Shown in pieces: positions 23,959-24,000 of a DNA stretch of 24,000 nucleotides. The position numbers and the translations under genes were made by a program. The stretch spans positions 268,572 to 292,571 of the forward strand of contig NZ_CP047046.1 of assembly GCF_030408435.1 (NCBI RefSeq). The letters run 5' to 3'. Source of the stretch: Corynebacterium auriscanis (lineage in GTDB: Bacteria > Actinomycetota > Actinomycetes > Mycobacteriales > Mycobacteriaceae). Below the pieces are notes generated by a model. The model did no database searches. It was not told the DNA's origin and was given only the letters and a program-made list of their open reading frames with translations. How positions within the stretch are numbered: position 1 is the stretch's first letter; the number at the start of each line of letters is the position of its first letter.

Positions 23959-24000
23959 TTAGCGAGCGAGGCCGTAGCGCAGGAAGTTGTAGGCAGGAGC
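23959..24000 (-). CDS. Possible 3' end of another minus-strand gene, truncated by the window edge
   Basis: The minus strand reads ...APAYNFLRYGLAR followed by TAA (23959-23961), using codons typical of this genome. Only 13 codons are visible, so this is weak. It lies 55 nt upstream of the next gene's start. Confidence 0.3.
   Translation of the reverse strand, partial: APAYNFLRYGLAR

Overview
High-GC (roughly 60%) actinobacterial chromosome segment. Gene content and order point to Corynebacteriales, most likely a Corynebacterium; species not determined. No similarity searches were run, so all calls rest on motifs I can read, ORF structure and remembered synteny.

Layout, left to right:
1. 1-202: a 61-bp tandem satellite running off the left edge.
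2. 264-1837: a decayed IS30-family insertion sequence with recognisable terminal inverted repeats and a dead transposase.
3. 1990-5677, minus strand: a fadA-fadB beta-oxidation operon.
4. 5849-19209: the conserved mycolata cell-envelope locus, syntenic with M. tuberculosis Rv0224c-Rv0228 plus Rv0236c/Rv0236A/Rv0237. It holds an MtrP-like methyltransferase, a GT4 glycosyltransferase, a polytopic membrane protein, a DUF3068/PorA-family protein, a TmaT-like acyltransferase, AftD, a small secreted protein and an LpqI-like GH3 lipoprotein. One universal stress protein gene is inserted in the locus.
5. 19663-21408: a VanW-family protein.
6. 21733-23058: an Nramp/MntH manganese transporter.
7. 23491-23904: a small signal-peptide protein with a strong intrinsic terminator.

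I saw no rRNA, tRNA or CRISPR. I found no convincing novel multi-gene system such as a defence island, toxin-antitoxin pair or biosynthetic cluster.

What is unusual is the density of young tandem repeats:
- Two in-frame arrays lie inside conserved envelope genes: the N-terminus of the methyltransferase and the catalytic domain of the GH3 enzyme.
- A 7 x 24-bp minisatellite starts in the last codons of the GH3 gene.
- A 143-bp duplication sits between two convergent genes.

Other points worth a second look are a 109-bp convergent overlap between the acyltransferase and aftD, and several candidate operators and RNA hairpins.
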